A stretch of DNA of 64,000 nt from positions 626,303 to 690,302 of the forward strand of contig NIVC01000302.1 in NCBI GenBank assembly GCA_002269645.1, read 5' to 3'. The position numbers were made by a program, and so were the translations under genes. This document shows, one piece after another, positions 52,965 to 64,000 of the stretch. The notes under the pieces were generated by a model. It was not told where the DNA came from. It saw nothing but the letters and a program-made list of their open reading frames with translations, and did not search any database. This DNA comes from Macrostomum lignano. Taxonomy: Eukaryota. Within the stretch, counting starts at the first letter, position 1. Each line of letters begins with the position of its first letter.

Positions 52965-54360
52965 AGGCTCCTGGAGTGACAAAGGAGCTGTTGAGGTGAC
53001 AAAGTAGCTCCTAGAGTGACAAAGTAGCTAATTGAGTGACAAAGTAGCTGATTGGGTGACAAAGTAGCTTTTGGAGTGACAAAGTAGCTCCTGGAGTGAC
53101 AAAGTAGCTTTTGGAGTGACAAAGTAGCTCCTGGCGTGACTAAGTAGCTGTTGAGGTGACAAAGTAGCTCCTGGAGTGACTAAGTAGCTGTTGAGGTGAC
53201 AAAGTAGCTCCTGGAGTGACAAAGTAGCTGTTGAAGTGACAAAGTAGCTCATGGAGTGTGGAGTGACAAAGTAGCTGTTGGAGTGACAAAGTAGCTCATG
53301 GAGTGACAAAGTAGCTCCTGGAGTGACAAAGTAGCGGTTGGAGTGACAAAGTAGCTAATTGAGTGACAAAGTAGCTGTTGGAGTGACAAAGTAGCGGTTG
53401 GAGTGACAAAGTAGCTAATTGAGTGACAAAGTAGCTGTTGGAGTGAAAAAGTAGCGGTTGGAGTGACAAAGTAGCTCATGGAGTGACAAAGTAGCTGTTG
53501 GAGTGACAAAGTAGCTCATGGAGTGACAAAGTAGCTGTTGGAGTGACAAAGTAGCTCCTGGAGTGACAAATTAGCGGCTGGAGTGACAAAGTAGCGGTTG
53601 GAGTGACAAAGTAGCTGTTGGAGTGACAAAGTAGCTGTTGGAGTGACAAAGTAGCTCCTTGAGTGACAAAGTAGCTCCTGGAGTGACAAAGTAGCTCCTG
53701 GAGTGACAGAGTAGCGGTTGGAGTGACAAAGTAGCTAATTGAGTGACTAAGTAGCGGTTGGAGTGACAAAGTAGCTCCTGGAGTGACTAAGTAGCTAATA
53801 GAGTGACAAAGTAGCTCATGGAGTGATAAAGTAGCTTATAGAGTGACAAAGTAGCTCCTGGAGTGACAAAGTAGCTGTTGGAGTGACAAAGTAGCTCATG
53901 GAGTGATAAAGTAGCTAATAGAGTGACAAAGTAGCTGTTGGAGTGACAAAGTAGCTGTTGAAGTGACAAAGTAGCTGTTGGAGTGACAAAGTAGCTCATG
54001 GAGTGACAAAGTAGCTCATGGAGTGACAAAGTAGCTCCTGGAGTGACAGAGTAGCGGTTGGAGTGACAAAGTAGCTCCTTGAGTGACAAAGTAGCTCCTG
54101 GAGTGACAAAGTAGCTCCTGGAGTGACAGAGTAGCGGTTGGAGTGACAAAGTAGCTAATTGAGTGACTAAGTAGCGGTTGGAGTGACAAAGTAGCTCCTT
54201 GAGGGAAAAAGTAGCTCCTGGAGTGACAAAGTAGCGGTTGGAGTGACAAAGTAGCTAATTGAGTGACAAAGTAGCGGTTGGAGTGACAAAGTAGCTCATG
54301 GAGTGACAAAGTAGCTCCTGGAGTGACAAAGTAGCTGTTGGAGGGACAAAGCTTATAGAG
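52965..54360. repeat. 20-bp satellite, ~69 copies
   Basis: Seen: GAGTGACAAAGTAGC followed by a variable 5-mer (TCCTG/TGTTG/GGTTG/TCATG/TAATT). Confidence 0.97.
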
Positions 54361-54890
54361 TGACATCTGCAGTGTTAGGCTGATTTCTAGGCAGGCAAGT
54401 GCTTTAAAGAGTGCTATATAGGCTGGCAGTTGAAACTGTAGTTGATAATTACTTAAAAATCGCGTCTGCTCGCCCAGGGCACTGAGTTGCACCGAAAGCA
54501 TCTGCTGAACAAGTGCAACGCTGGTGAAAAAGCCCTAATAGACGCAATTCTCGACGTTCAAGCTTTGACAGAGCTTAACAGAACTAAGAGAATTACGATT
54601 TGTTTTAATGCGCACTCCGTCTTGCCCTCCAGACTTGGCGGCGCGCAATTCAGTCGGTTCATTCGCACTTGGCCTGACTGACTGACTAACTGACTGATTT
54701 TTGCTAGTTGCGCAGTCAAGTCTGGATTTGCTAAAAAATTACTCTCGTTCTTGGCGCAATGAAGGGCGCAGAAGTGCGCACCCATCCCATACTAGAGTAT
54801 AAGTACACCGAGGAGATAGTAGCAGCTTTACTGAACTCTGAGCTAGGTAGTTTGACTTGCGAAAATGGAGATTGCAGGATTTATTTAGTA

Positions 54891-55901
54891 TACCTTTTCA
54901 ACTTCGGATTCGTCAAAATGAGTTCAAATTCGTCAGCGTATGCGAAACTATATAGCGCTCAAGGGGAAGAGAATGAGTGTCTGTGGTAAATTTTTAGAGA
55001 AAGTGACTTCGAATTCGTATAAGTAAGTGAAATTCGTCAGTGCAAATACAGCCTGATCAGAAAAAGTGTTTGCTTTGTCCATGGTAAGAAAAGAAGGTGT
55101 CTATGGTAAGTTTAAGTAAGAAAGTGAGTGAAGTTCGTGTGTGGAAAAGTAGCCAATTTCTTGAAATCTTCATTTCATGCTTCGATTGTTTTCAGAGATG
55201 CCCTGCATGACAACAAACAGCCAATGTAACGCACAAAGTCCCGTCAAGTCGACGACTGATTGCCTGCGTTGTCAGCAGGAGCAGCAGGAAAATCTGCAAC
55301 AAGCTTTTGCTGCATTTCTTTGAGGGTCACAGTCGGCTTCTCTTCCACATACCTCGTCAACCCCCCGAGCATCTCCTCAGAAAGCTTTGGTCTCACTAAA
55401 AAAACTAAACGCACCTCCATGCGCGTTTAGATCAATCCTACCCTCATCAACATATCTCCTGATGATGTCACTGGCAGTTGTCCTCTTCATATCCAGTTCA
55501 ATTGCGAGTTACATGTATCTCCAGTCTCGTCTTTGTTGAAAACATCGCACGAGTCTAGAGCGATCCACAGACGAAATTCTCATGCAGGGCATCTCTGACA
55601 ACAATCAAAGCATGAAATGAAGATTTCAAGAAATTGGGCCACTTTTCCACACACGAACTTCACTCACTTTCTTACTTAAACTTACCATAGACACCTTCTT
55701 TTCTTACCATGGACAAAGCAAACACTTTTTCTGATCAGGCTGTATTTGCACTAACGAATTTCACTTACTTAGACGAATTCGAGGTCACTTTCTCAAAAAA
55801 TTTACCACAGACACTCATTCTCTTCCCCTTGAGCGCTATATAGTTTTGCATACGCTGACGAATTTGAACTCACTTTTGACGAATCCGAAGTTGAAAAGGT
55901 A
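54891..55901 (-). mobile_element. Non-autonomous Tc1/mariner-IS630 superfamily derivative with ~320-bp TIRs and TA TSD
   Basis: Seen: TA|TACCTTTTCAACTTCGGATTCG ... CGAATCCGAAGTTGAAAAGGTA|TA; arms 54891-55210 and 55580-55901 are near-perfect inverted copies. The core encodes a decayed HTH region: LAIELDMKRTTASDIIRRYVDEG..HGG..KLSEEM..LTRYVEEKPTVTLKEMQQKL. Confidence 0.85.
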
Positions 55902-56139
55902 TACTTGAATCAAACGAATGATAAATTTCATTATCAAATTTAAATCTGGTCTTCATCGACTCGAGCGATGAACTAAAACACCGTCTTAATGGCACTGTTG
56001 CATATTTATTGTATTTAGCTGCCAGACATGACTGACCTTCGCTCCTCCTCGATGCCTCTCTCACCGAAACCCTTTACCTATCACCAGTCTCTCGCTAAGC
56101 TCAGTGTCTCAGTGAGATTCCGTACGTTAGTCTGGGTTT

Positions 56140-56775
56140 CCCCACTCTCTCATTTCTCTTCGACACTCTATCATCTCTCTTCCCCACTCTCTTATCTCTT
56201 TTCCCCACTCTCTCATCTCTCTTCCCCACTCTCATCTCTCTTCCCCACTCTCTCATCTCTCTTCCCCACTCTATCATCTCTCTTCCCCACTCTCATCTCT
56301 CTTCTTCCCCACTCTCTCATCTCTCTTCCCCACTCTCATCTCTCTTCCCCACTCTCTCATCTCTCTTCCCCACTCTATCATCTCTCTTCCCTCACTCTCA
56401 TCTCTCTTCTTCCCCACTCTCTCATCTCTCTTCCCCACTGTCTTATCTCTTTTCCCCACTCTCTCATCTCTCTTCCCCACTCTCTCATCTCTCTTCCCCA
56501 CTCTCTCATCTCTCTTCCCCACTCTCTCATCTCTCTTCCCCACTCTCTCATCTCTCTTCCCCACTCTCTCATCTCTCTTCCCCACTCTATCATCTCTCTT
56601 CCCCACTCTCTCATCTCTCTTCTTCCCCACTCTCTCATCTCTCTTCCCCACTGTCTTATCTCTTTTCCCCACTCTCTCATATCTCTTCCCCACTCTCTCA
56701 TCTCTCTCCCCACTCTATAATCTCTCTTCTCCACTGTCTTATCTCTCTTCCCCACTCTCTACTCTCTCTTCTCCA
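56140..56775. repeat. 21-bp pyrimidine-rich minisatellite
   Basis: Seen: CTCTCATCTCTCTTCCCCACT units. Confidence 0.95.
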
Positions 56776-57174
56776 CTCTCTGTTTACAGTAAGACAGAGC
56801 GCACACCTACGGAGAGAAATGAGTTACTGTTGTTTTTTGCACTTTAGTCCCCTCCCTCTGCTCACGCGGCTAACCACAGTGTATTTATTTTTATTTGGCC
56901 ATTGTAATGCTTGCTGGATCCTTGATTAACAGGGAGGGGGGAAACGAGTCGAGAACTGACTTCCCAACGAGCTTTGTAAGCCCCAACAGAAAAGTACGAG
57001 GGTTTGTTTTGACAGAATCGTTTATGTCCCCGGCAAATTATCAGTTCCGACCGCAATTGTCTCTACTCTCCGTGATTTATGGTCTCGACACAAGTTTTTG
57101 CCTTCGTGAAGTCTTTTATTTCTCATTTCCTAGCTTTTTTGTACTCAAACTGTACTCAAACCCTACCATTTGCC

Positions 57175-58140
57175 TTCCCTTTCTGTCACTTTCTCTCCCT
57201 TCCAATTTTGTCACTCTCCCACTTTCCTCTTTGTCACTCTCTCCCTTCCTATTCTGTCACTCTCTGCCTTTCTATTCTGTCACTTTCTACCTTCCGATTC
57301 TGTCACTCTCTCCCTTCCCATTCTGTCACTCTCTGACTTCCCAATCTGTCCCTCTCTCCCTTCCCAATCTGTCCCTCTCTCCCTTCCCAATCTGTCCCTC
57401 TCTCCCTTCCCAATCTGTCACTCTCTCCCTTCCCAATCTGTCCCTCTCTCCTTTCCCAATCTGTCACTCTCTCCCTTCCCAATCTGTCACTCTCTCCCTT
57501 CCCAATCTGTCACTCTCTCCCTTCCCAATCTGTCACTCTCTCCCTTCCCAATCTGTCACTCTCTCCCTTCCCAATCTGTCACTCTCTCCCTTCCCAATCT
57601 GTCCCTCTCTCCCTTCCCAATCTGTCACTCTCTCCCTTCCCAATCTGTCACTCTCTCCCTTCCCAATCTGTCCCTCTCTCCCTTCCCAATCTGTCACTCT
57701 CTCCCTTCCCAATCTGTCCCTCTCTCCCTTCCCAATCTGTCACTCTCTCCCTTCCCATTCTGTCACTCTCTTCCTTCCCTTTCTGTCACTCTCTTCCTTC
57801 CCATTCTGTCACTCTCTGACTTTCCATTCTGTCACTCTTTTCCTTCCCATTCTGTCACTCTCTGACTTTCCATTCTGTCACTTTCTCTCACTTCCAATTT
57901 TTTCACTCACCCACTTTCCACTCTGTCACTCTCTCCCTTCCCATTCTGTCACTCTCTCCCTTCCCATTCTGTCACTCTCTCCCTTCCCATTCTGTCACTC
58001 TCTCCCTTCCCATTCTGTCACTCTCTCCCTTCCCATTCTGTCACTCTTTGCCTTCCCATTCTGTCACTCTCTCCCTTCCCATTCTGTCACTCTTTGCCTT
58101 CCCATTCTGTCACTCTTTGCCTTCCCATTCTGTCACTCTC
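57175..58140. repeat. 23-bp pyrimidine-rich minisatellite
   Basis: Seen: CTGTCACTCTCTCCCTTCCCAAT units. Confidence 0.95.
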
Positions 58141-58589
58141 AGTCAGAGTTCACTCAGAGAGTGCTTCAGTCTTATACACAATAAGCAGCATTAGGCGGCT
58201 CGGTCATCTCTACTAGAACTGTCAGCGCCTGTTGACAGAAGCACTATTTCGGACTACACACGTCACAGAGCTGTACTAAAATACATGTATGAAGACCCGA
58301 CTGCATTCGATTGTTATCTTGTAGAAAGAATTTACAAATCAGGCCTTGAGTGAAACAGTGCAACAGTATAACAGTGTTTTTGCAGTTCCAGAATCAGCGC
58401 TACTTGGGAGGTCTGGGCGCTCTCGTGTAGGTCTTTTCTGAAACGAACGGGTCTTGAAAAACGTGAAAATTGTTTGCCTTTTCGACTTGCAGTGTCATGC
58501 CAAAAGTAAGCTGAAATTTGTCTGGTTAACGATTTTCATACACTTTTGGCAGGAAAGTGGCAGTCTTGGAGTGTGGATGGCACAGGAAT

Positions 58590-60075
58590 GGCAGGGACGG
58601 GAGAGGGAGCTGGGGGGATGGCTGGGAGAGAGCTGAGGGATGGCTGGGAGAGAGCTGGCGGATGGCTGGGAGAGAGCTGGGGGATGGCTGGGAGAGAGCT
58701 GGCGGATGGCTGGGAGAGAGCTGGGGGATGGCAGGGAGAGAGCTGGGGGATGGCTGGGAGAGCTGGGGGATGGCTGTGAGAGAGCTGGGGGATGGCAGGG
58801 AGAGCTGGGGATGGCAGGGAGAGAGCTGGGGATGGCAGGGAGAGAGCTGGGGGATGGCTGGGAGAGAGCTGGGGGATGGCTGGGAGAGAGCTGGGGGGAT
58901 GGCTGGGAGAGAGCTGGGGGATGGCAGGGAGAGCTGGAGGATGGCAGGGAGAGAGCTGGGGGATGGCAGGGAGAGCTGGAGGATGGCAGGGAGAGCTGGG
59001 GGATGGCTGGGAGAGAGCTGGGGGATGGCAGGGAGAGCTGGGGGATGGCAGGGAGAGAGCTGGGGATGGCTGGGAGAGAGCTGGCGGATGGCTGGGAGAG
59101 CTGGGGATGGCTGGGAGAGAGCTGGGGGATGGCTGGGAGAGAGCTGGGGGATGGCTGGGAGAGCTGGGGGATGGCTGTGAGAGAGCTGGGGGATGGCAGG
59201 GAGAGCTGGGGGATGGCTGTGAGAGAGCTGGGGGATGGCAGGGAGAGCTGGGGGATGGCAGGGAGAGAGCTGGGGGATGGCAGGGAGAGAGCTGGGGGAT
59301 GGCAGGGAGAGCTGGAGGATGGCAGGGAGAGAGCTGGCGGATGGCTGGGAGAGAGCTGGGGGATGGCTGGGAGAGAGCTGGGGGATGGCTGGGAGAGCTG
59401 GGGATGGCTGTGAGAGAGCTGGGGGATGGCAGGGAGAGCTGGGGGTGGCTGTGAGAGAGCTGGGGGATGGCAGGGAGAGCTGGGGGATGGCAGGGAGAGA
59501 GCTGGGGGATGGCAGGGAGAGAGCTGGGGGATGGCTGGGAGAGAGCTGGGGGATGGCTGGGAGAGCTGGGGGATGGCTGGGAGAGAGCTGGGGGATGGCA
59601 GGGAGAGCTGGAGGATGGCAGGGAGAGAGCTGGGGGATGGCAGGGAGAGCTGGAGGATGGCAGGGAGAGCTGGGGGATGGCTGGGAGAGAGCTGGGGGAT
59701 GGCAGGGAGAGCTGGGGGATGGCAGGAAGAGCTGGGGGATGGCAGGGAGAGCTGGGGGATGGCTGGGAGAGAGCTGGAGGATGGCAGGGAGACAGCTGGG
59801 GGATGGCAGGGAGAGCTGGGGGATGGCAGGGAGAGAGCTGGGGGATGGCTGGGAGAGAGCTGGGGGATGGCAGGGAGAGAGCTGGGGGATGGCTGGGAGA
59901 GAGCTGGGGGGTGGCTGGGAGAAATCTGGGGGCTGAGAGATGGCTGGGAGAGAGCTGGGGGATGACAGGGAGAGCTGGAGTGACGACAGGGAGAGCTGGA
60001 GTGACGGCAGGGAGAGCTGGAGTGACGGCAGGGAGAGCTGGAGTGACGGCAGGGAGAGCTGGAGTGATGGCAGGG
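58590..60075. repeat. 20-22-bp G-rich minisatellite (G-quadruplex-prone)
   Basis: Seen: GGC(T/A)GGGAGAGAGCTGGGGGAT units; explains all ORFs at 58495-60173. Confidence 0.96.
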
Positions 60076-60667
60076 ATGGCACACTAATGCCTTATCCTGG
60101 CATTTGTCTGGGAAGAGTCCTTCCTATTAGCCTATTCAGTATTAATAACCGAGTGGTTCAGTTCTTGCCATGATTTAGTTACCATGACGCAGCAGGCGGC
60201 CCACTCTGCCTGGACCCAATATGGCACGTGTGGGACCCCATGCAGCATTGCATTATCAGAGATAGAAGTTAATAAGAGCCTAGAGGTCGTTACTCAGGGG
60301 TCACGGCCGGTCACCTAACTTCAGAAGCGCTACTCTCTGATTATTATGAAGGGTCAGCGCCGGCTTTTGTATTTACACTCTTCAAGTTATAAACACGACC
60401 CATGGAAGTTGGAACCCGTGTTTGCACTTATAGAACTCTTGTTGAAGCCAGTAAGAAAGGCAGAAAAATACTGCCAACCCGAATATTGCCTGTTTACTTC
60501 AGGTGAAATGATTGGAGGCAGGTGAGATAAAATTAGAAGCAACTCAGGGGTCCGCTTCGGGTCGGGAATATGCACTTTAATGCTTCACCTCTGAGGACAC
60601 CCCAGTACTCAACTGTGGAAATAACATGTTAGTAGATTATTCAAGGGAAATCGAGACTAGGCATCTG

Positions 60668-61020
60668 GAAGAGATTCGCGATCTGAGGGTGAGATTCGCG
60701 ATCTGGGGGTGAGATTCGCGATCTGAGGGTGAGATTCGCGATCTGGGGGTGAGATTCGCGATCTGGGGGTGAGATTCGCGATCTGGGAGTGAGATTCGCG
60801 ATCTGGGGGTGAGATTCGCGATCTGAGGGTGAGATTCGCGATCTGGGGGTGAGATTCGCAATCTGGGGGTGAGATTCGCGATCTGGGAGTGAGATTTGGG
60901 ATCTGGGAGGGAGATTCGGGATCTGAGAGGGAGATGTGATATCTGGGAGTGAAATATGGGATATGGAAGTTAGATTTGCGACCTGGGAGTGAGATTTGGG
61001 ATCTGGAAGGGAGATATGGT
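60668..61020. repeat. 20-bp minisatellite
   Basis: Seen: GAGATTCGCGATCTGGGGGT units, degenerating rightwards. Confidence 0.93.
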
Positions 61021-61599
61021 ATCCAAGCAGACTTTAATTGATGAGATTTTGTATGGGGAATGAGATCATGAGATCTAAGAGTACGATTGAATAAATTCTT
61101 AATTGCCATTTTTAACAGAAAAAATATTTTTAATCGCTAATCAATTACACCCCGCCTCAAACCCGCTTATCTATTCCAGCTCTCAGATGCAGGGCGGATT
61201 CAAATTCAGTAATTATATAGCTTGTAAATAATGCCGTTTATCTATAGTCAGCATTGGCACGAGGCGGTGAGTCATTGCTCCTCTTCAAATTTATTGCTAA
61301 GTTACCAAATCAAGTTCATGTATTATGAGAATAGACCGCTAGTCACCACGCGGATGAATGTGAATGCGTTTAGAGTGAGAAAATGCAATACTGGATGTTG
61401 ATCCTGTATGACAGAGAAGAGAATCGAGGGTACAGCCAGAGACAGCAGAGCCACCCAAATTTTTAGCGCACCTGATTTCCAGGCGCTTCTGATACTAATA
61501 ACTTAGACATCCGTGAAATGCTTTCGAGCTGGTGTGGCACCAAAGTAATGCTAGTGTGACGCTTCTCTGACGCCTCTGGCACTATTAGTGCATTCTACT

Positions 61600-62140
61600 A
61601 GTAGTTTGACACCCCTGATACTAGTCTGACACTAGTGTGACAGCCCTGACTCTAGTTTGACACCCCTGACACTAGTCTGACACTAGTGTGACAGCCCTGA
61701 CTCTAGTTTGACACCCCTGACACTAGTCTGACACTAGTGTGATAGCCCTGACTCTAGTTTGACACCCCTGACACTAGTCTGACAGACACTAGAATGACAG
61801 CCCTGACACTAATATGACAGCCCCGACACTAATATGACAGCCCCGACACTAATATGACAGCCCCGACACTAATATGACAGCCCCGACACTAATATGACAG
61901 CCCCGACACTAATATGACAGCCCCGACACTAATATGACAGCCCCGACACTAATATGACAGCCCCGACACTAATATGACAGCCCCGACACTAATATGACAG
62001 CCCCGACACTAATATGACAGCACCGACACTAATATGACAGCCCCAACACTAATATGACAGCCCCGACACTAATATGACAGCCCCGACACTAATACTCGTA
62101 TGACAGCCCCGACACTAATATGACTGTATGACAGCCCTAA
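61600..62140. repeat. Compound tandem repeat (larger ~50-bp unit resolving into a 20-bp unit)
   Basis: Seen: CTAGTTTGACACCCCTGACACTAGTCTGACACTAGTGTGACAGCCCTGA, then GACAGCCCCGACACTAATAT. Confidence 0.9.
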
Positions 62141-63324
62141 CATAAGTAAGATGCCTGCAACAGTAGAGCGATGCCTGTAGCATGAAATTGAATGCACCTG
62201 TCCCTAGTGAATCGCAGGTGGGTTCAGCTATTTGAATGAACAAATCCGATTCACTAACTCCATTATAGTTATGCAATAATTGTACAAATATTCGCTTTAT
62301 ACCCTCACAGTCAAATGCTGACTGTAGATTATTGCGCAATCGGCATCCAGTTCTAAAAAACTCTAATGAGCCGACTGCAGGCCGGATTAGTTCGGCTGAA
62401 AATGCTTCCCAACCCGCCACGGCGATGACTAATGTTCTAGCCAACTCCGCCCTTGCCGCGCCCTCCCTGCTTTTAGTCCAAAAGAAGCGATTACGCAACA
62501 TCTAGAGGAAGGAGAGGGCTGTCACGGGACGCCGCGCGGCCTTGGCTGTCAGAAACTCTGCTGTCTTCTTTCGCTCACTTCTTTTTGCTTTACATTTCTT
62601 CTCTTCCTCGTACTGCCCCGGCTTGCTATATAACCGTTCTATAGGGAGAGATTGAGAGAACAGCAAGCACTATGTAGCTTGGGCCCCCTGGATTGCATAA
62701 TAGTATTGCACCCGTAAAAGAAAGGTTACGTAACCCCAATTTCTGCCCTCCCTGTCCAAATGAGGGTGACTCAGCGGAGGGCAAACCGCTCTTGCCCTCA
62801 TCAAGCGAACCCTTAGCCCTCAGATACTCTCTCTCTCTCTCTCTCTGTACGCCCCAAGAGAGCTGGCTGCAATTTTGGCATCGATCAGGCCGCGGCCGGT
62901 TGGAAAATTCCAAGCCCCTAACTAATAACTTGCTGTCCGAGACCAGCCCCGCACAGATACAGTGACAGTTGCCCTACCACATAACCCTTCGTTTAAGTCC
63001 GCTCTTAGCTGCAGGGCTGGCTGGAGTTTGAAAAAAGGCGATTACGTAATATACAAGTTTAGTCAGAAATTGTATTTGGACTGGGCGTGCGCCAAAGATA
63101 GAGAAGGCGGTGGGGCTGGCAGTTTATTTACTTCTTTTAGAGTTCTTTGAAGTATCATGCAGTATCGTTTGCTCTCTATTAGAAGATCTTCTTCACTTCT
63201 AAAATCATTTTTATCGCAAGCACTTTAATATTCCAATAATTCGTACGCGTTTCTCCTAATACTCCTAGGCAGTCTGATTCGGAGGTACAGTGGGTAGCTA
63301 CAGAGATCTATGCAGAATACTGAG

Positions 63325-63545
63325 ATAGAGGCTGAGAGAGGGAATGAGAGAGAGGGTAAGAGAGAGAGGGTGAAGAGAGAGAGAGAGAGGGTGAGGGAAA
63401 GGGTGAGAAAGAGGAGGTAAGAGAGAGGGTAGGGGAGGGTGAAAGGTAGGTTGAGAGACGGGGTAAGAGATAGGATGAGAGAGAAAGGGGAGGATTAGAG
63501 AGGGTGGGTGAGAGAGATTGAGAGAGAGGGTGAGAAAGAGGGTGG
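63325..63545. repeat. GA-rich low-complexity tract
   Basis: Seen: GAGAGAGGGT-type motifs. Confidence 0.8.
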
Positions 63546-64000
63546 AAGAGGCTGCTGTCAATCGGACCGCGACAGATGACAGACGCACAAGGCAAATCAA
63601 AATAGAAACAGAAGAATGCAGACAGTGATGGAGCTGCCCCCGGCCTTGCAAAAGAGCTGAGAGCTGAGGCAGCAAAGACTGGTGCATCGGCTTGCATACA
63701 TGATTGAGTTTTTAACTCTAGATGCAGAATAGTAAGCCGAGTACAAATGCAGGAGACAGGACCGGCCATTGTTTGCTTAAGCCCGCAAGCAAAATAAGCA
63801 AGCATTACTGTATTATACGTACTAGACAGATTTAAGAGTTGGACTTGGCACCCACGGGGCAGCGATTGTTCAGTGTGCAGTGAGGCAGTTTTGATTTAAT
63901 TATAAGTCGAATGCGAATCCAGTAATGGGGTTGTGCCACCCGCAAAGCGGTAACCATAAACCTGATATACAATATATCAGCTATGACAGCCACACTACAG

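Noticed and set aside
56028-60173. Multiple 200-530-aa ORFs on both strands
   Set aside because: All coincide with 20-23-bp minisatellites.

Overview
Eukaryotic (animal) genomic DNA. GC3-rich coding exons, GT-AG introns and very abundant locus-specific minisatellites suggest a free-living flatworm such as Macrostomum; this is inference, not verified. Genes: intronless neuroD (+, ~9.3-10.1 kb); a 3-exon SLC15/POT peptide-transporter-like gene (-, 14.3-17.5 kb); a 7-exon AAK1/BMP2K (NAK) kinase (-, 22.0-28.3 kb); two exons of sec22 (-, 30.4-32.1 kb; first exon not found); and a head-to-head pair of secreted PAN/apple + C-type lectin genes. One lectin is intact (38.6-39.3 kb). The other is a pseudogene split by a Ty3/Gypsy retrotransposon (42.0-46.8 kb), and a relic of a third copy lies at ~47.2 kb. 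Mobile DNA: the defective Gypsy element, a dead 5'-truncated RNase H-containing LINE inside a (CTCCTG)n microsatellite, a Tc1/IS630-type derivative with ~320-bp TIRs, a foldback element with a 9-bp TSD, an 858-bp TGT...ACA element with a 4-bp TSD, and two tRNA-derived SINE families. About 23 tandem arrays explain almost all long repetitive ORFs in the track, which are artefacts. The most notable observations are a sharply bounded CpG-erased island (32.4-35.4 kb), apparent gene conversion between the lectin paralogs that spares the ligand-binding segment, and templated-insertion repair scars. No CRISPR, rRNA or genuine tRNA genes were seen.
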